Below, piece after piece: positions 47,640-59,099 of a DNA stretch of 64,000 bases. The first letter of the stretch is position 1, and every line of letters starts with the position of its first letter. The notes below the pieces were generated by a model, which had not been told where the DNA came from, did not search any database, and saw nothing but the letters and a program-made list of their open reading frames with translations. The stretch spans positions 102,672,001-102,736,000 of the forward strand of contig NC_067401.1 in assembly GCF_016432865.1 (NCBI RefSeq), written 5' to 3'. This stretch comes from Antechinus flavipes. Taxonomy: Eukaryota. A program made the translations under genes and the position numbers.

Positions 47640-48920
47640 CTTTTAACTTTCTTGCTTCCTGGGATGAGAGTTTCTTTGTCTGAAGGCCTACTTTGCCTAA
47701 GTATTTGGGCTACCTCCCACATCCCTTTTGCTCACTGGGAGAGGAAGCAGACAATCTTAGCAAGCCAGATCAGACCAAGGTTTTTAGGGTCCTGAAAGCT
47801 AAACAAATCTCTTGCCTGGGGCTTAGCCCTACCGACATTGATGGAAGGCAGGGCCAAGTCCTAGAGGTCTCTAGAACCCTATCTATATTCCTTTGCTTAC
47901 TTCTCTCTTTTTTTTTTCTTCTTCTTCTTTTTTTAATTTTTATTTAATAATTACTTTATATTGACAGAATCCATGCCAGGCTAATTTTTTTTTTACAACA
48001 TTATCCTTTGCACTCATTTCTGTTCCAATTTTTCCCCCTCCCTCCCTCCACCCCCTCCCCTAGATGGCAAGCAGTCCTTTATATGTTTGATATGTTGCAG
48101 TATATCCTAGATACAATATATGTGTGCAGAACCGAACAGTTCTCTTGTTGCATAGGGAGAATTGGATTCAGATGGTATAAATAACCCGGGAAGAAAAACA
48201 AAAATGCAGATAGTTCACATTCGTTTCCCAGTGTTCTTTCTTTGGGTGTAGCTGCTTTTGTCCATCACTTATCAATTGAAACTTTGCTTACTTCTCAAAG
48301 AAACTTGGTATCTTGGGGTGACCCCCCCTGCCTTAGAGCTAGCTGCCACAGTCCTTCAAATTGAGGAAGCTCCTAAGCTCATCCTGGGCCAATGATTGGA
48401 GATTCTGCCTCCCCCCCACCCCCACCCCCCAATGCTTTGGAGCATTTTTGCCTATATCAGAACTTTAGAATTGGAGAAAGAAATGAGAATGAATATCTCT
48501 ACTGATTTCAAATTTGTTTTTCATGTTTTGCATGATCATAGGGACTATATGGAAAGAAAGGGGATTTTTGACAGTCAATTCTCCATTAAGTAGGCAGGGG
48601 AACAATTACTGCAAGCTGTCCATGAACCTAGAGAGATTTCTGTTGTTTTGTAACAGAAGGGGGAATTCACTGTAGGCCAAGGGAAACAGGCTTACAGATT
48701 CAGCTGTCTGTTTGCCCCTGATCATGGCACCTTAAATTCCCCAATTCCTGGCTCCTGCATTCCCTTGTATAGTTCTCAGGCAAGTAAATTCTGAAAGGAC
48801 TATTAAAAAGGGGGACATATGCCCTCTTACAAGGGCTTTAAACTGCTTTTGGTTTTGTTAACACCTGAACTAACTAGGTAAAAGCCTTCCTTTGTAAGAC
48901 TAAGAGTTCTAAGGAAGGCC
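47640..48920 (+). pseudogene. pol: ERV pol remnants (RT thumb/connection, RNase H, IN start), interrupted by L1
   Basis: KYLG; AYFSKKL; AATVLQIEEAPKLILGQ; LELEKEMRMNISTDFKFVFHVLH (RNase H NIYTDS motif); an IN-like stretch near 48830-48920 resembling 'GFKYLLVFVDT..WVEAFPC' after frameshifts. Confidence 0.88.
47906..48281 (-). mobile_element. 5'-truncated young L1 3' end inserted in ERV pol
   Basis: Perfect 15-bp TSD ctttgcttacttctc at 47891-47905 and 48282-48296; near-identical to the 26202-26520 L1 UTR. Confidence 0.97.
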
Positions 48921-49059
48921 CCTGAAGGTTCCATCTATTGTCCCTATTTCTTTGAGGAAACAGAAGCAGGAATTTGGGGAAACATTCTTTGGTATCTATC
49001 CTAGGAAAAGCTGTTTGGACAAGAGGCATTTATAATAGCCTCATCTCCCCCCTAGTCTT

Positions 49060-49220
49060 CTCCTAGGTGGGGCTTGTGCTCCATATTAACTCCACTCTTG
49101 TTTATTCTTTTTCTTTTGCTTATATTTGGGTTTTGTATTTTTAATCTACTAGTGAGACTTGTTTCTTCCAGACGGTAAGCCATGAAATTCCAACTACTTG
49201 ATCAACCTGAGATCACCTGA
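49060..49220 (+). pseudogene. env: ERV env TM C-terminal remnant
   Basis: LLIFGFCIFNLLVRLVSSRR*AMKFQLL matches class I ERV TM 'LFGPCIFNLLVKFVSSRIEAIKLQM'. Confidence 0.85.
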
Positions 49221-49407
49221 GACCTGATTCTGACACTCAGGACTGGATACTGTTGATGTCCTTACAAGTAACTTATCTCCCCTTTCAGTCTGGACCCACT
49301 AGGCAGGACCAGTTCTCTGCTCCTTGTCAGCCTGAAGCAGTTCCAGAAGATGAGACCTTTGTCTCTTGTCCCAAATGAATCTGGGTCTGGACTGCTTGAG
49401 GTGGGAA

Positions 49408-50184
49408 TGGTGTGACAATGGCCTCCACAGTGCTCCTTCTAGGGCTGCCAGATGCTAGTCTGTTGGTCGGTGATGACTGGGTTTCCACAACAGATAGTGG
49501 GAGTTGGTGGAAGTGGGGTCTCTGATTTCTGCTCATTGCTTTAAGCAGCAAATATCTTGTCACCCGATTGCTTATGCATTTAATCACTAGAATAGTTAAA
49601 GATTTCTTAACTAAAGTGACTCCTAAAAGCTTCCACTGATGTTTGAGTATTGGTTCTAAATGGTAAAGGGCAGATTACAGTTAGTATTGAAGAGGGGATG
49701 AGTGATGAAATGTAACAGGAATGGTGTGAGAAATCTTCAAAAGTTTAAAAAAGTGGGAGGAACTGAAGGGGACCAAGGTGAAGATTTCTCAAAAAGTCTA
49801 TGAGATGGATTAGGTCAGACCCTAGGCCTGCAGGCCTATCACATGATTCCCAGAGGGTTATAGGGCAGGAATGGTCAGACCCTAGTCTAAGCTTCAGGAA
49901 GTGAAGGAGCCCACTGGAAGTAGACAACATTGCTGACCATTGGTCAGTGGTTTTTCAATCCATCCAATGAAAAGACTTGGGCCTTTTGCTATTTAACCAA
50001 ATTCACTATTTCCAGCTCCCTAGGTCAGTACCATGCTGGGAGATGGGAGCTGAGAGGCTCTATGTCTGCTCAGGTGTGCTTGGGCCTCTCCTTGTGAGGA
50101 ATGAATAAATGCTTCCTCTTTGTATCTGAAGATGAATCTAAGTAGCCAATTTGGGTAAGGGGAGTCTAGCACCCATCCCCAACA
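49408..50184 (+). mobile_element. ERV1 3' LTR
   Basis: Starts TG right after purine tract 'gaggtgggaa'; CCAAT 49964; TATTTAA 49990; AATAAA 50104; ends ...CCCCAACA. Confidence 0.8.
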
Positions 50185-50189
50185 AGAAG

Positions 50190-51900
50190 AACATGAGCTT
50201 CAAGTGCCAGTCATTCTTTTAACCCCTTCCTCCTTGTTTATATAGATTGCTACTTCAGTACCCTGATTTTGTGTTAATTTCCCCTAATTTTTTTCTGCTT
50301 TTCTGTGCCTCATATATTCCTCTCCCTTTCTATTCTTTTAAGATAAAAACATAACAGAACTACTCTCAGGCCTCTTTCTAATTAATTCCCTCTATGAGCC
50401 TCTATGAAGCTAATATTTTATCTTTGTTTTTGTCCTTTATGATTATTCGTTTCTTTTTATTATCTTAAGTTTCTCTTGACACTTCTGTTTTTATTCTAAA
50501 GTTTCTACACAGCTCCAGTCTTTTCATCAGGAATGTTAAGAAGTCCTCTATTTTGTTAATAATCCATTCTTTTTTCTCCTATATGATTATATTTAGTTTT
50601 CCTAGGCACTTTATTCTTAGTTGTAAACTTATATCCCTTGCATTCTGGAATATTATATTCCAAACTCTCTACTTTTTTATAATGGTTGTTGTTAAATCAT
50701 ATGAAATCCTGATGATGGCTCTTTAAAATCTGAATTCTTTCTGGTTTCTTGCAGCATTTCTTTTACTTGTAAGCGCTGGATTTTGACTATCATGTTACTA
50801 AGAGTCTTTGGAAGTTTCTTTCAGAGATGGCTGGGGAATTATTTTTATTTCTACTTTGCTTTCTGATTCTAAAAAATCTGGGATGTTTTCTTTTAAGTAT
50901 TCTTTGAAATTTGATGTCTAAGCTCTTTTTTTGGTAATGACTTTCAGGTAATCCAATTATTTTTTAATTTTTTCTTCCTTTATCTGTTTTCTAAATTGAT
51001 TGGTTTTTTTGCTGTGAGATATCTTACATTTTCTCTTTTCAGTCTTCTTATTTTGTTTTAATATTTTCTGTTGACTCATGGAGTTATTAGCTCCTGTTTA
51101 GTTGATTTTAATTTTTATGGAGTTTATTACTTGAGTAAGGTGTAGTTTGTAGTTTAAAGCTGTTATTAATGATCTTTCCAATTTTTTTCTTCTATAGCTC
51201 TCATTTCTTTCCTAGGTTTTTCCTCTTCTGCTTTCACTTTATTTATAAAATTATCTTAGCTCCTAAAAAAAACAAAAAAAAAACTTTTTACTTCATCTTT
51301 TTCAAGAATTCTAGTTGAATTAGTGCCCAAGTTCTATTTTTTTTGAGGCTTTTTTCATAAAGGTTTGGGAGTAATTGTCTTCTTGTGAGTTTGTAGTTTG
51401 AACATCCTTGTTCCCATAATAGCTTCTTATGATGGAATTAAGACAGACTGGGTTCTGTCCACTTCTAGTGGGAAGGATGGAACAGATCTCTTGCTATTTT
51501 CTTACTGATGTTGAGTATTGAGCTTTTCCAAGATTTAGGGATAGCTCACACTGAGGACCTCCAAGTTTTTAATACTCCCAAAGTAGTTTGATCCAGGGCA
51601 AAGTTTGATTGCTTCTCATCCCCTCATCCCTCCCATGCTAGTCTCTCTTTGAATTCTGTAACTTCCTAATAGTGATTTGGGTCTAAGCAATAGATTTGTG
51701 GGCTCATCTCATGTGAAGTTTCAGTAGATTACTGCTGGCTCAGCCACTATTAGTCAATTGAAAATATCTGATGTCTTAGAGTAATAGAAATTCCATTTTT
51801 TCCTTTGCTCTAGAATCCCTATTCTGGTTATCTCACTGAGAAGTTCACATTCTGGAGGCTAGAAATAAGATGGTACTCTGCTCCTGGAGCAAAAGTCAGC
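50190..51900 (-). mobile_element. L1/HAL1 5' region + ORF1 + spacer
   Basis: Minus strand 'aaaatagaggacttcttaacattcctgatgaaaagactggagctg' = ORF1 C-term; 5' part similar to 14380-14870. Confidence 0.75.
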
Positions 51901-53626
51901 GAGACCCTACTTGCTTCCAAAATTGCTCTTTTCTTGATAAAAGTCTAAGGTCCTTGAACCCTAGATAATAAGCCATAATGTCACCTCAAGACACAGATGT
52001 TCTCCTCATCAGGACCTGAATCTATGACTTGGAAATGGGTTAGAATAGCAAAACTACTAGATGGCATCTGTTCCTGCATTGTGATCAAATTTAAGCTTCT
52101 CTGTAATGGATTTAGAACATCTTCTTGCTTGAGTATACAGCTTATCCTTACACCTAAGTGCCCTGGTAGGTATATCCCTGGCTAGATTCCATCCCTAGCA
52201 TCTGTATGCTTCTTTGTCTATATCCCAATGTTATCATGGACTAGGGAAAAAAAAAAAAGACAAACTGTGGGAGAGGGGGGTTATTGGATTTTTCAATTAG
52301 GATTCAATATAGTACATTTTCTAGATCTGTTTAGAGAGCTTTAGGATGGGGGATGAAGAGTTTGCTATACTTCTTGTTACTCTGCCATCTTGGTTCCCCT
52401 TCCAATGCTAAATATTGAATGACTATAAGATCATCTCTAATCAAGCCCTAGAATGCATTTAATTGGTCTGTCAATACTGAAGTATGAAATTCTTCTACAA
52501 GATGTGTGCAGAGAATAAGCCATAGCATACTACTTAAGTCAAGTTCTTTGGCAAGGAGGGCCCAAGAAAGGCTTTGCTTTAGGATCATAGACCATATCAT
52601 CTGGCCCTCAGTTCTCCATCCTGAAGTCTGAATATCATTATCTTCCTAGATGGGCTTCTGTGCTAACCCATTCAAACTCATCCACTGAAGATTTAAGGAT
52701 AAAGAACAGTTGTAGAGCTGGGAAACAGGGTTAATCTTCTAATTAGCATTTCAAAAGGAAGTGATAAGAGATGATAACAGCAATGTTGTGGAAATTCAAC
52801 TGTTTATAGATAGGGCCTATTTGTGAATGGGGTGATCTGCTCAGTAAGACATTAAGAGCCATCCAAAATGAACTGAAATGTCAATATACTTTGAAGAGGT
52901 CTTTTAGGAATGTAAATGGAAAGTTAGCTGCACTTTTGATAAGCACAATAAACAAAACAAAGAAATCCATTATAAAGCCCCACATTTGTATAGTTTTACA
53001 ATTTTCAAAGTTATATTTGTTCTAATACATTCTCATTTTATCACCAAATTACAGAATCACTGAGAGAGATCCTCAGAGGCCTTCTGGTTCAATCCATATT
53101 TGAACAAGAATCCCCAGTGCCATGTCCTTGACAAATGGCCTGCAATTTGCAGGGAAGCAACCTCTTCCTGCAGCAACCCATTCTATTTAAGGTTAGATCT
53201 AGGGAAAAAAATCACTGAGTTAGGAGTCAGAGGAGTCAAATTTCTGCTCTATCAATTAGTAGTTATATCAGTTTTTGCTTTATATAAGTGTACTTTTCTA
53301 CAGAACTTTAAGTAAAGTTATATATGTTTCCAGAAACAGAGAAGCAGCAGCAGGGAAAGAATATGAAGAGGCTAGGGTCAGCCATGTGAGAGTCTGACTG
53401 AGAAAGGAAGAACACACAGGGTATCAGACACAAGGGTAGGAAAGATGACATGCAGATGACCATTCAGATGGAAGATAGACACAAAGGTCAGACACAGGAG
53501 GTAGACACACAGATTGAGGGCAGAGTTGGGCAAAGGTCTCCTCTTTTACAGAATGGAGGGGCAGGTGTGGAGAAAGAATGTAGTACTGCAAAGTTTGACA
53601 TAGGTAGAAGGATTTGGAATGCATAT

Positions 53627-53770
53627 TTTTTTTTCTTTTTTTGCTGAGGCAATTGAAATTAAGTGACTTGCCCAGGGTCACACAGCTAGGAAGTGTTAAG
53701 TGTCTGAGGCCAGATTTGAACTCCTGATTTGAGGGCTGGTGCTCTAAATGCGCGCTCCACTTAGCTGTCC
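53627..53770 (-). mobile_element. WSINE1 CORE-SINE with probable TSD
   Basis: 'gctgaggcaattgaaattaagtgacttgcccagggtcacacagctaggaagtgttaagtgtctgaggcc'; flanks aatgcatat / aatacatat. Confidence 0.9.
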
Positions 53771-53779
53771 CAGAAATAC

Positions 53780-53960
53780 ATATTTCTTTACATAACCTCA
53801 ATACCCTGTCAGATTTTTTTTTAGGTATAAGGATTACAATATGTCTAAATTCAAATACAAGTTTACATATTCTACTTTTAAAAAGAAAGAAAGAAATAAT
53901 CTTTTGCCTAAAGTCAAATTTGTATAATGGGAATTTACATAAAGAGAGAACTCTGTGTAT
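53780..53960 (-). mobile_element. Old L1 3' end fragment
   Basis: 'aatacaagtttacatattctacttttaaaaag' reverse L1 tail. Confidence 0.55.
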
Positions 53961-54265
53961 GATTTTGTGGAAATTACTTAACCTCATTAGAGTGGATGAT
54001 TTCTAAAGTGTCTTCAAATGCTAAATCTAGACTCCTCAGATCTTCCTCTTTTTAACTTTTCTACCCATTGCTTCTAAAGAAGTGCCCTTAACCTCTAGAG
54101 ACAAGTAGCACAATTCTAGTACCTCTTTCATATGTCAACTCCTCAAATACTTGAGGAAAGCCATCATTCAGTCCAATTTGGTAGATATTCATTGGGGTCA
54201 ATGGATAAAAGGAAATAATTTTCAATGAAATTGCAAATAATTAATAACCATCTATGTACCTCATA

Positions 54266-54490
54266 TTGTTGTCATTTTTTCAGTCATGTCCAATCCTTCA
54301 TGAACTGGTCTCAGACATTTTGCATTTGTGTGACCCTGGCCAAGCCACTTAATCTTGTTTGCTTCAGTTTCTCATCTGCAAAATGAGCTAGATAAGAAAA
54401 TGGCAAGCTACTCTTGCATCTTGAATAAGAAAACTTCAAGTGGGATCATGAAGAGTCAGACGGGACTGAAATTGCTGAACAACAATAACC
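54266..54490. mobile_element. Head-to-head Mar1 fragments (minus tail 54266-54303; plus body to 54490)
   Basis: Left 38 nt is an imperfect reverse complement of 54446-54485. Confidence 0.7.
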
Positions 54491-54496
54491 ATAGGG

Positions 54497-54723
54497 CAAT
54501 GGTGTCAAACTCAAGTTGAAATAGGAACCCTTAAACCATACAAGGATCCACCCTACAAGAATCCCCTTGTGTCACATTAATTTAGAAAACAATGCATTAA
54601 TGTTATCTATCTTATATTTTGTATTTTTATTCATTTTGTTAAATTTGTATTCATTTGTATTTTGATCTGCTTTGGACCATACTTGAGAGGCTACACCTTT
54701 GGGTCATGTGTTTGACATATCTC
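54497..54723. mobile_element. hAT-type MITE
   Basis: TIR-like ends 'ggtgtcaaac' / 'gtttgacat' around an AT-rich core. Confidence 0.65.
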
Positions 54724-55349
54724 ATCCAAGGGATGCAGATTTAAGCTAAACTCCTGATCACTATTCAGGGAACAGTGGAACCCCAAGCTTTGTATCAAAG
54801 GGTTGACCTCTTTCCTGCCAGGTACCAGTTCCACAAAAAAACACATGTAGAAATCTTTTATCTGAGTTGACAGCAAAACAGAATTCAGAAAAAGTATCCA
54901 CATGAGAATATATACCAGATAATTCAGATTGATAAGTTACCCCTTTGGGAATAATACAATTCAGTTCAACAAAGAGAGAAAGAAAATCCAGAACTTACCC
55001 AAAGGAGAATACTTCCCTAAGTCTTTAGTGTAGTAAGCCAGAGATAGAGATGTGATAGAGAATGCCAGCTCTCTCATGTTGTTGTCTTCCTATATTCTTT
55101 CTCTCTTTGTGAACCTGAAGAAAGGTTGGAAGCCTCCAAGTTTTCTCTCTTGATGTTGATGACCAGAAGATCCAAAAGGAGTGTTAAGAGCAAATTTTTC
55201 TTCTCTCCCACTTTGCTCAGCAACACTCCATTCTTTATGTAGGTTGTGGGCACTGATCTCCACAAATGAAGTGAAGAACTCATACCAATAAGCTTTAAAA
55301 CTCAGGTTATGCTATAGATGTGGTCTCAGCAGGGTAGAATTCCATGGAA

Positions 55350-56090
55350 TATTTTTATCTTCATTTTGGAATAATCCTCACAATGCAGATTACATTGGGG
55401 TTTTTGACTTCTATATTAAACTATTGACTCACATTGAGCTTGCAGTCCCTTAAAATCCTTTGCCTTCTTTAGAAGCTGTCTAAATTTGTCTCCATAATTT
55501 TCTGCTTGTGGAGTTGATTTTTTAAAAACCCAATATAAAACTTTACATTCAAAAACATTAACTAGGACAGGTCCTTAAAACACTCCATAAGAGACCTCTT
55601 TCAAAGCTGACATTGAACTATTTGTGATTATTTTTTGAGTATGATCATTCAACTTTAGAGTACCCTCAGAAGAAACACAAAATGTGCAGATTTAGAGAAT
55701 TCATCTCAAATATTCACATGTACTATTTGTGCTAACCTGTGGTGAGTATCCCTAGCTTATATTAGTCTGATCAGCCACAGTCAGATATACTGTAACTTGA
55801 CACTAACTAACATAGTGATGTTATTTTGGTCTTCTTCAAGAATGAAGGACAACAACCAAGCAACTATTTTTTTGGCCCACATCTTTCCTTCTAATAGCAT
55901 GAGAGACTTTGTCAAATGCTTTGCTAAAATCCAGATAAATTGTAGAGATGATATTTTCTCTATCACTCTAGCAACTCTGTCAAAAGAGAAAATGAAGTTA
56001 GCATGATGGAACATCACAGGGTCAGTAAGTGGTATGACATGATCTTTCAAGCATAACCAATTTTTTTTCTAGATATCAACTAAAACTGCA
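55350..56090 (-). mobile_element. L3/CR1 fragment
   Basis: 'gactcacattgagcttgcagtcc', 'gagactttgtcaaatgctttgctaaaatccagata', 'gaaaatgaagttagcatg'. Confidence 0.75.
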
Positions 56091-56661
56091 ACAAACAACA
56101 ATAATAACAAAAAACTACATTAGTATAAAGCTCTTAGGTTTAACAATGCATGGTGTATGTACTCTCTCAGTTTTTAAAACAACCATACAAAGGTAGATTC
56201 TATTTTTTTATACAAGGAAACTGATCCCTAAAGGAGTTACGTGACTTGCTCAAAATCATAAAACTAGTAAGTTTAAGGTGAATTTGACTCTAGATTCCCT
56301 AAGGACCTCACTATCAGGCCAGCTGCTCCACACCATCTTCTTGCCAGGTACCTTGCCATCCTTTCTGCTCTAGAACTCCAGCCCTGGTGTCACTAGGGTT
56401 CCAACTGAAAAGGAACTCACATATAGCTTATTATATCAGACCAGTAATTCTAACCAAGCTTTAATTTACTTTAAAAAAAAAAAGCTTTTTACTACTTTGC
56501 CATCTTCTTATAAGCTTCCTTGCCACTGTGTATTTTCCTTTTCAGACCCTCGTCCTCCCAGTCCTGGAATCATAAACAAATCAATACTGCCACTGCTCCT
56601 AGAAAGAGTATATCCATCTTCTCCTGTACTCCACTGATCATCCTTGAAAACTCCTAATTCA

Positions 56662-56757
56662 GGGAAGCTAGGTGGCGTGGTGGATAGAGCATCAGTCCTG
56701 AAGTCAGGAGGACCTGAGTTCAAATATGACCTCAGACACTTAACACTTCCTAGCTGT
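56662..56757 (+). mobile_element. Young WSINE1 (5' part; runs into gap)
   Basis: Pol III A-box 'tggcgtggtgg' with CpG retained, B-box 'gagttcaaat', 'gacacttaacacttcctagc'. Confidence 0.9.
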
Positions 56758-56974
56758 NNNNNNNNNNNNNNNNNNNNNNNNNNNNNNNNNNNNNNNNNNN
56801 NNNNNNNNNNNNNNNNNNNNNNNNNNNNNNNNNNNNNNNNNNNNNNNNNNNNNNNNNNNNNNNNNNNNNNNNNNNNNNNNNNNNNNNNNNNNNNNNNNNN
56901 NNNNGTCTCCCAATCTTATAGAATGTAAGCTCCTTTTGAGGAAAGATTTTTTCATTCTTTGTATTTAAGCCCCC

Positions 56975-57225
56975 GAGGCAGCTAGGTTGGGCAGTGGATA
57001 GAGTATCAGGCTTGGAGTTAGGAAGCCTCATCTTCCTGAGTTCAAATCCAGACTTAGACTAAACCCACTAGCCAGGTGACCTCAGGACACTTAACCTTGT
57101 TGGCCAGTTTCCTCATGTGTCAAATGAGCTGGAGGAGGAAATGGCAACGACTCCAGTGTCTTTGCCAAGAAAACCCCAAATGGGGTCATGAAGAGTTGGA
57201 CAAGACTGAAATGACTGAACCACAA
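56975..57225 (+). mobile_element. Mar1 CORE-SINE
   Basis: Complete head-CORE-tail 'gaggcagctagg...aaccccaaatggggtcatgaagagttggacaagactgaaatgactgaac'. Confidence 0.88.
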
Positions 57226-57324
57226 ATTTATATTCATAGCATCTAGCACAGCATGTGTCCTTTAGGAAGTTCAGTCATTCATTCATTCATGCCTGACTCC
57301 AAGTTCATTGCTTCTATCTTCTAC

Positions 57325-57470
57325 ACCACTAGGTTTTTAATCAACCAATCAACAAGCAGTTATTAAGCACCTACTATGTCCCTGGAACCATGCAAGGCAC
57401 TGAAGATATCAATACAAAAAAAGAAACAATTCCTTCTTAAGAAGAGTTTATGTACTAATGGGGGAAGACA
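57325..57470 (-). mobile_element. L2 3' tail
   Basis: 'aatcaacaagcagttattaagcacctactatgtccctgg'. Confidence 0.8.
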
Positions 57471-57504
57471 AGTTTGCTTTTATAATCCTTTAGGAAATTT
57501 TGCT

Positions 57505-58097
57505 AGGAATCGACAGAGAGGGAGGGAGGGAGGGAGAGACAGAGACAGAGACAGAAAGAGAGATAGAAACAGAGACAGGGAGAGAGACACAGAGAAACAC
57601 GAGAGAGACAAAAAGAAAGAGAGAGAAAGAGAAAAGAGAGATAGAGACAGAGAGACACAGAGACAGAAAGAGAGATAGAAACAGACAGAGAAAGAGAGGC
57701 ATAGAGAGAGACAGAGAGAGAAAGAGAGACACAGNNNNNNNNNNNNNNNNNNNNNNNNNNNNNNNNNNNNNNNNNNNNNNNNNNNNNNNNNNNNNNNNNN
57801 NNNNNNNNNNNNNNNNNNNNNNNNNNNNNNNNNNNNNNNNNNNNNNNNNNNNNNNNNNNNNNNNNNNNNNNNNNNNNNNNNNNNNGACAAAAAGANNNNN
57901 NNNNNNNNNNNNNNNNNNNNNNNNNNNNNNNNNNNNNNNNNNNNNNNNNNNNNNNNNNNNNNNNNNNNNNNNNNNNNNNNNNNNNNNNNNNNNNNNNNNN
58001 NNNNNNNNNNNNNNNNNNNNNNNNNNNNNNNNNNNNNNNNNNNNNNNNNNNNNNNNNNNNNNNNNNNNNNNNNNNNNNNNNNNNNNNNNNNNNNNNN
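57505..58097. repeat. (GA/GACA)n compound microsatellite with gaps
   Basis: gagacagaga iterations collapsing into Ns. Confidence 0.9.
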
Positions 58098-58229
58098 GTT
58101 TTAAAGCCTGTTCCAACTATGAAAGATGCTAGTTCCACTCACATGAGAAGGTACTACAAAAGATCTTTTCCTAGAAGATGGTCTTTCTGTCTTAGTTGAT
58201 ATGGGCATGCATAAAGCCCTTTTTCAAAA

Positions 58230-58385
58230 TTATGTGACTGGGCATGTTGTTTAACTCTTCTGAGTCTCAATTTCTTGATCTGTAAAATGAGGGTAATAAT
58301 ACCAGCTACTTCACAGGACTATTTTAAGATAACATTTGTAAAGTATTTTGTAAACTTTAAGGTACTAGGTAAATATTATTATTAA
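58230..58385 (+). mobile_element. MIR SINE
   Basis: 'gtctcaatttcttgatctgtaaaatgagggtaataatacc'. Confidence 0.75.
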
Positions 58386-59099
58386 ATATATGTGCATATA
58401 TATACACACAAATACATATATACATATACATAGAAATCACTTTTTATATCAAGGATAACCAAAAAATGGAGGATTGCATTCTCTAAGATTCTCTAACAAA
58501 TTCCTCTAAACACTTAAAAAAACTATAATAGAAACAGGGCTGGACTTGGAGGAATACGTGCTTCTATGGCCTCAAATATGTCACTTTACATTTATTTTGT
58601 CCTCTGAAAGGGTTGAACTAGAGTAGGAGTTCTTAACCTGGAATCTCTGAACAATTTTTTTTTAACAATACATTTCATTGTATTCAATCGAATTGACTTT
58701 CTTTGTGATCTCACATATTTTTGCTTATACATTTACAGGGATAATACTGAAGTGACTATAAACTTCACCATTCTGCCAGAAGAATCAAAACACTAAAAAA
58801 TTAACTCAACAATTAGAGCAATTATTCTTTGATAAAAATCTCACAGAAATTATCATGCTTTAGGTCCTGGCTGCTCTAGATTATGGTTTAGTTTTATTTT
58901 GTTTTTAAGTTTATAGTATATAGAGTTAATTTTAGTTCAGTCCTTTAAATCTTAGAGGTTGAACTAGTTTCTGTCTTGTACTGTCACATCATATTCAATC
59001 ACATATAGAACTAGAGAGGATATTACCTACTCTAACCTGTCTCATCAGCAGAAATTTTACTTTCTGTTTCTGTATCTTTCTGATTCTTTACAGGCCTCG

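Larger units (their letters stand above)
44300..50184 (+). mobile_element. Deleted ERV1 (gammaretrovirus-like, HERV-I/IP10-like) provirus; 5' LTR not recognisable, 5' boundary approximate
   Basis: Ordered gag, RT, RNase H, IN and env-TM remnants, PPT and 3' LTR. Confidence 0.85.

Noticed and set aside
53424-53987. 187-aa minus-strand ORF
   Set aside because: Runs through an L1 tail, a WSINE1 and probable L2 sequence; composite chance ORF
56662-56730. tRNA-like A/B boxes as a tRNA gene
   Set aside because: These are the tRNA-derived heads of WSINE1/Mar1/MIR SINEs; no cloverleaf
57376-58138. Five ORFs of 100-211 aa
   Set aside because: GA microsatellite plus N gaps
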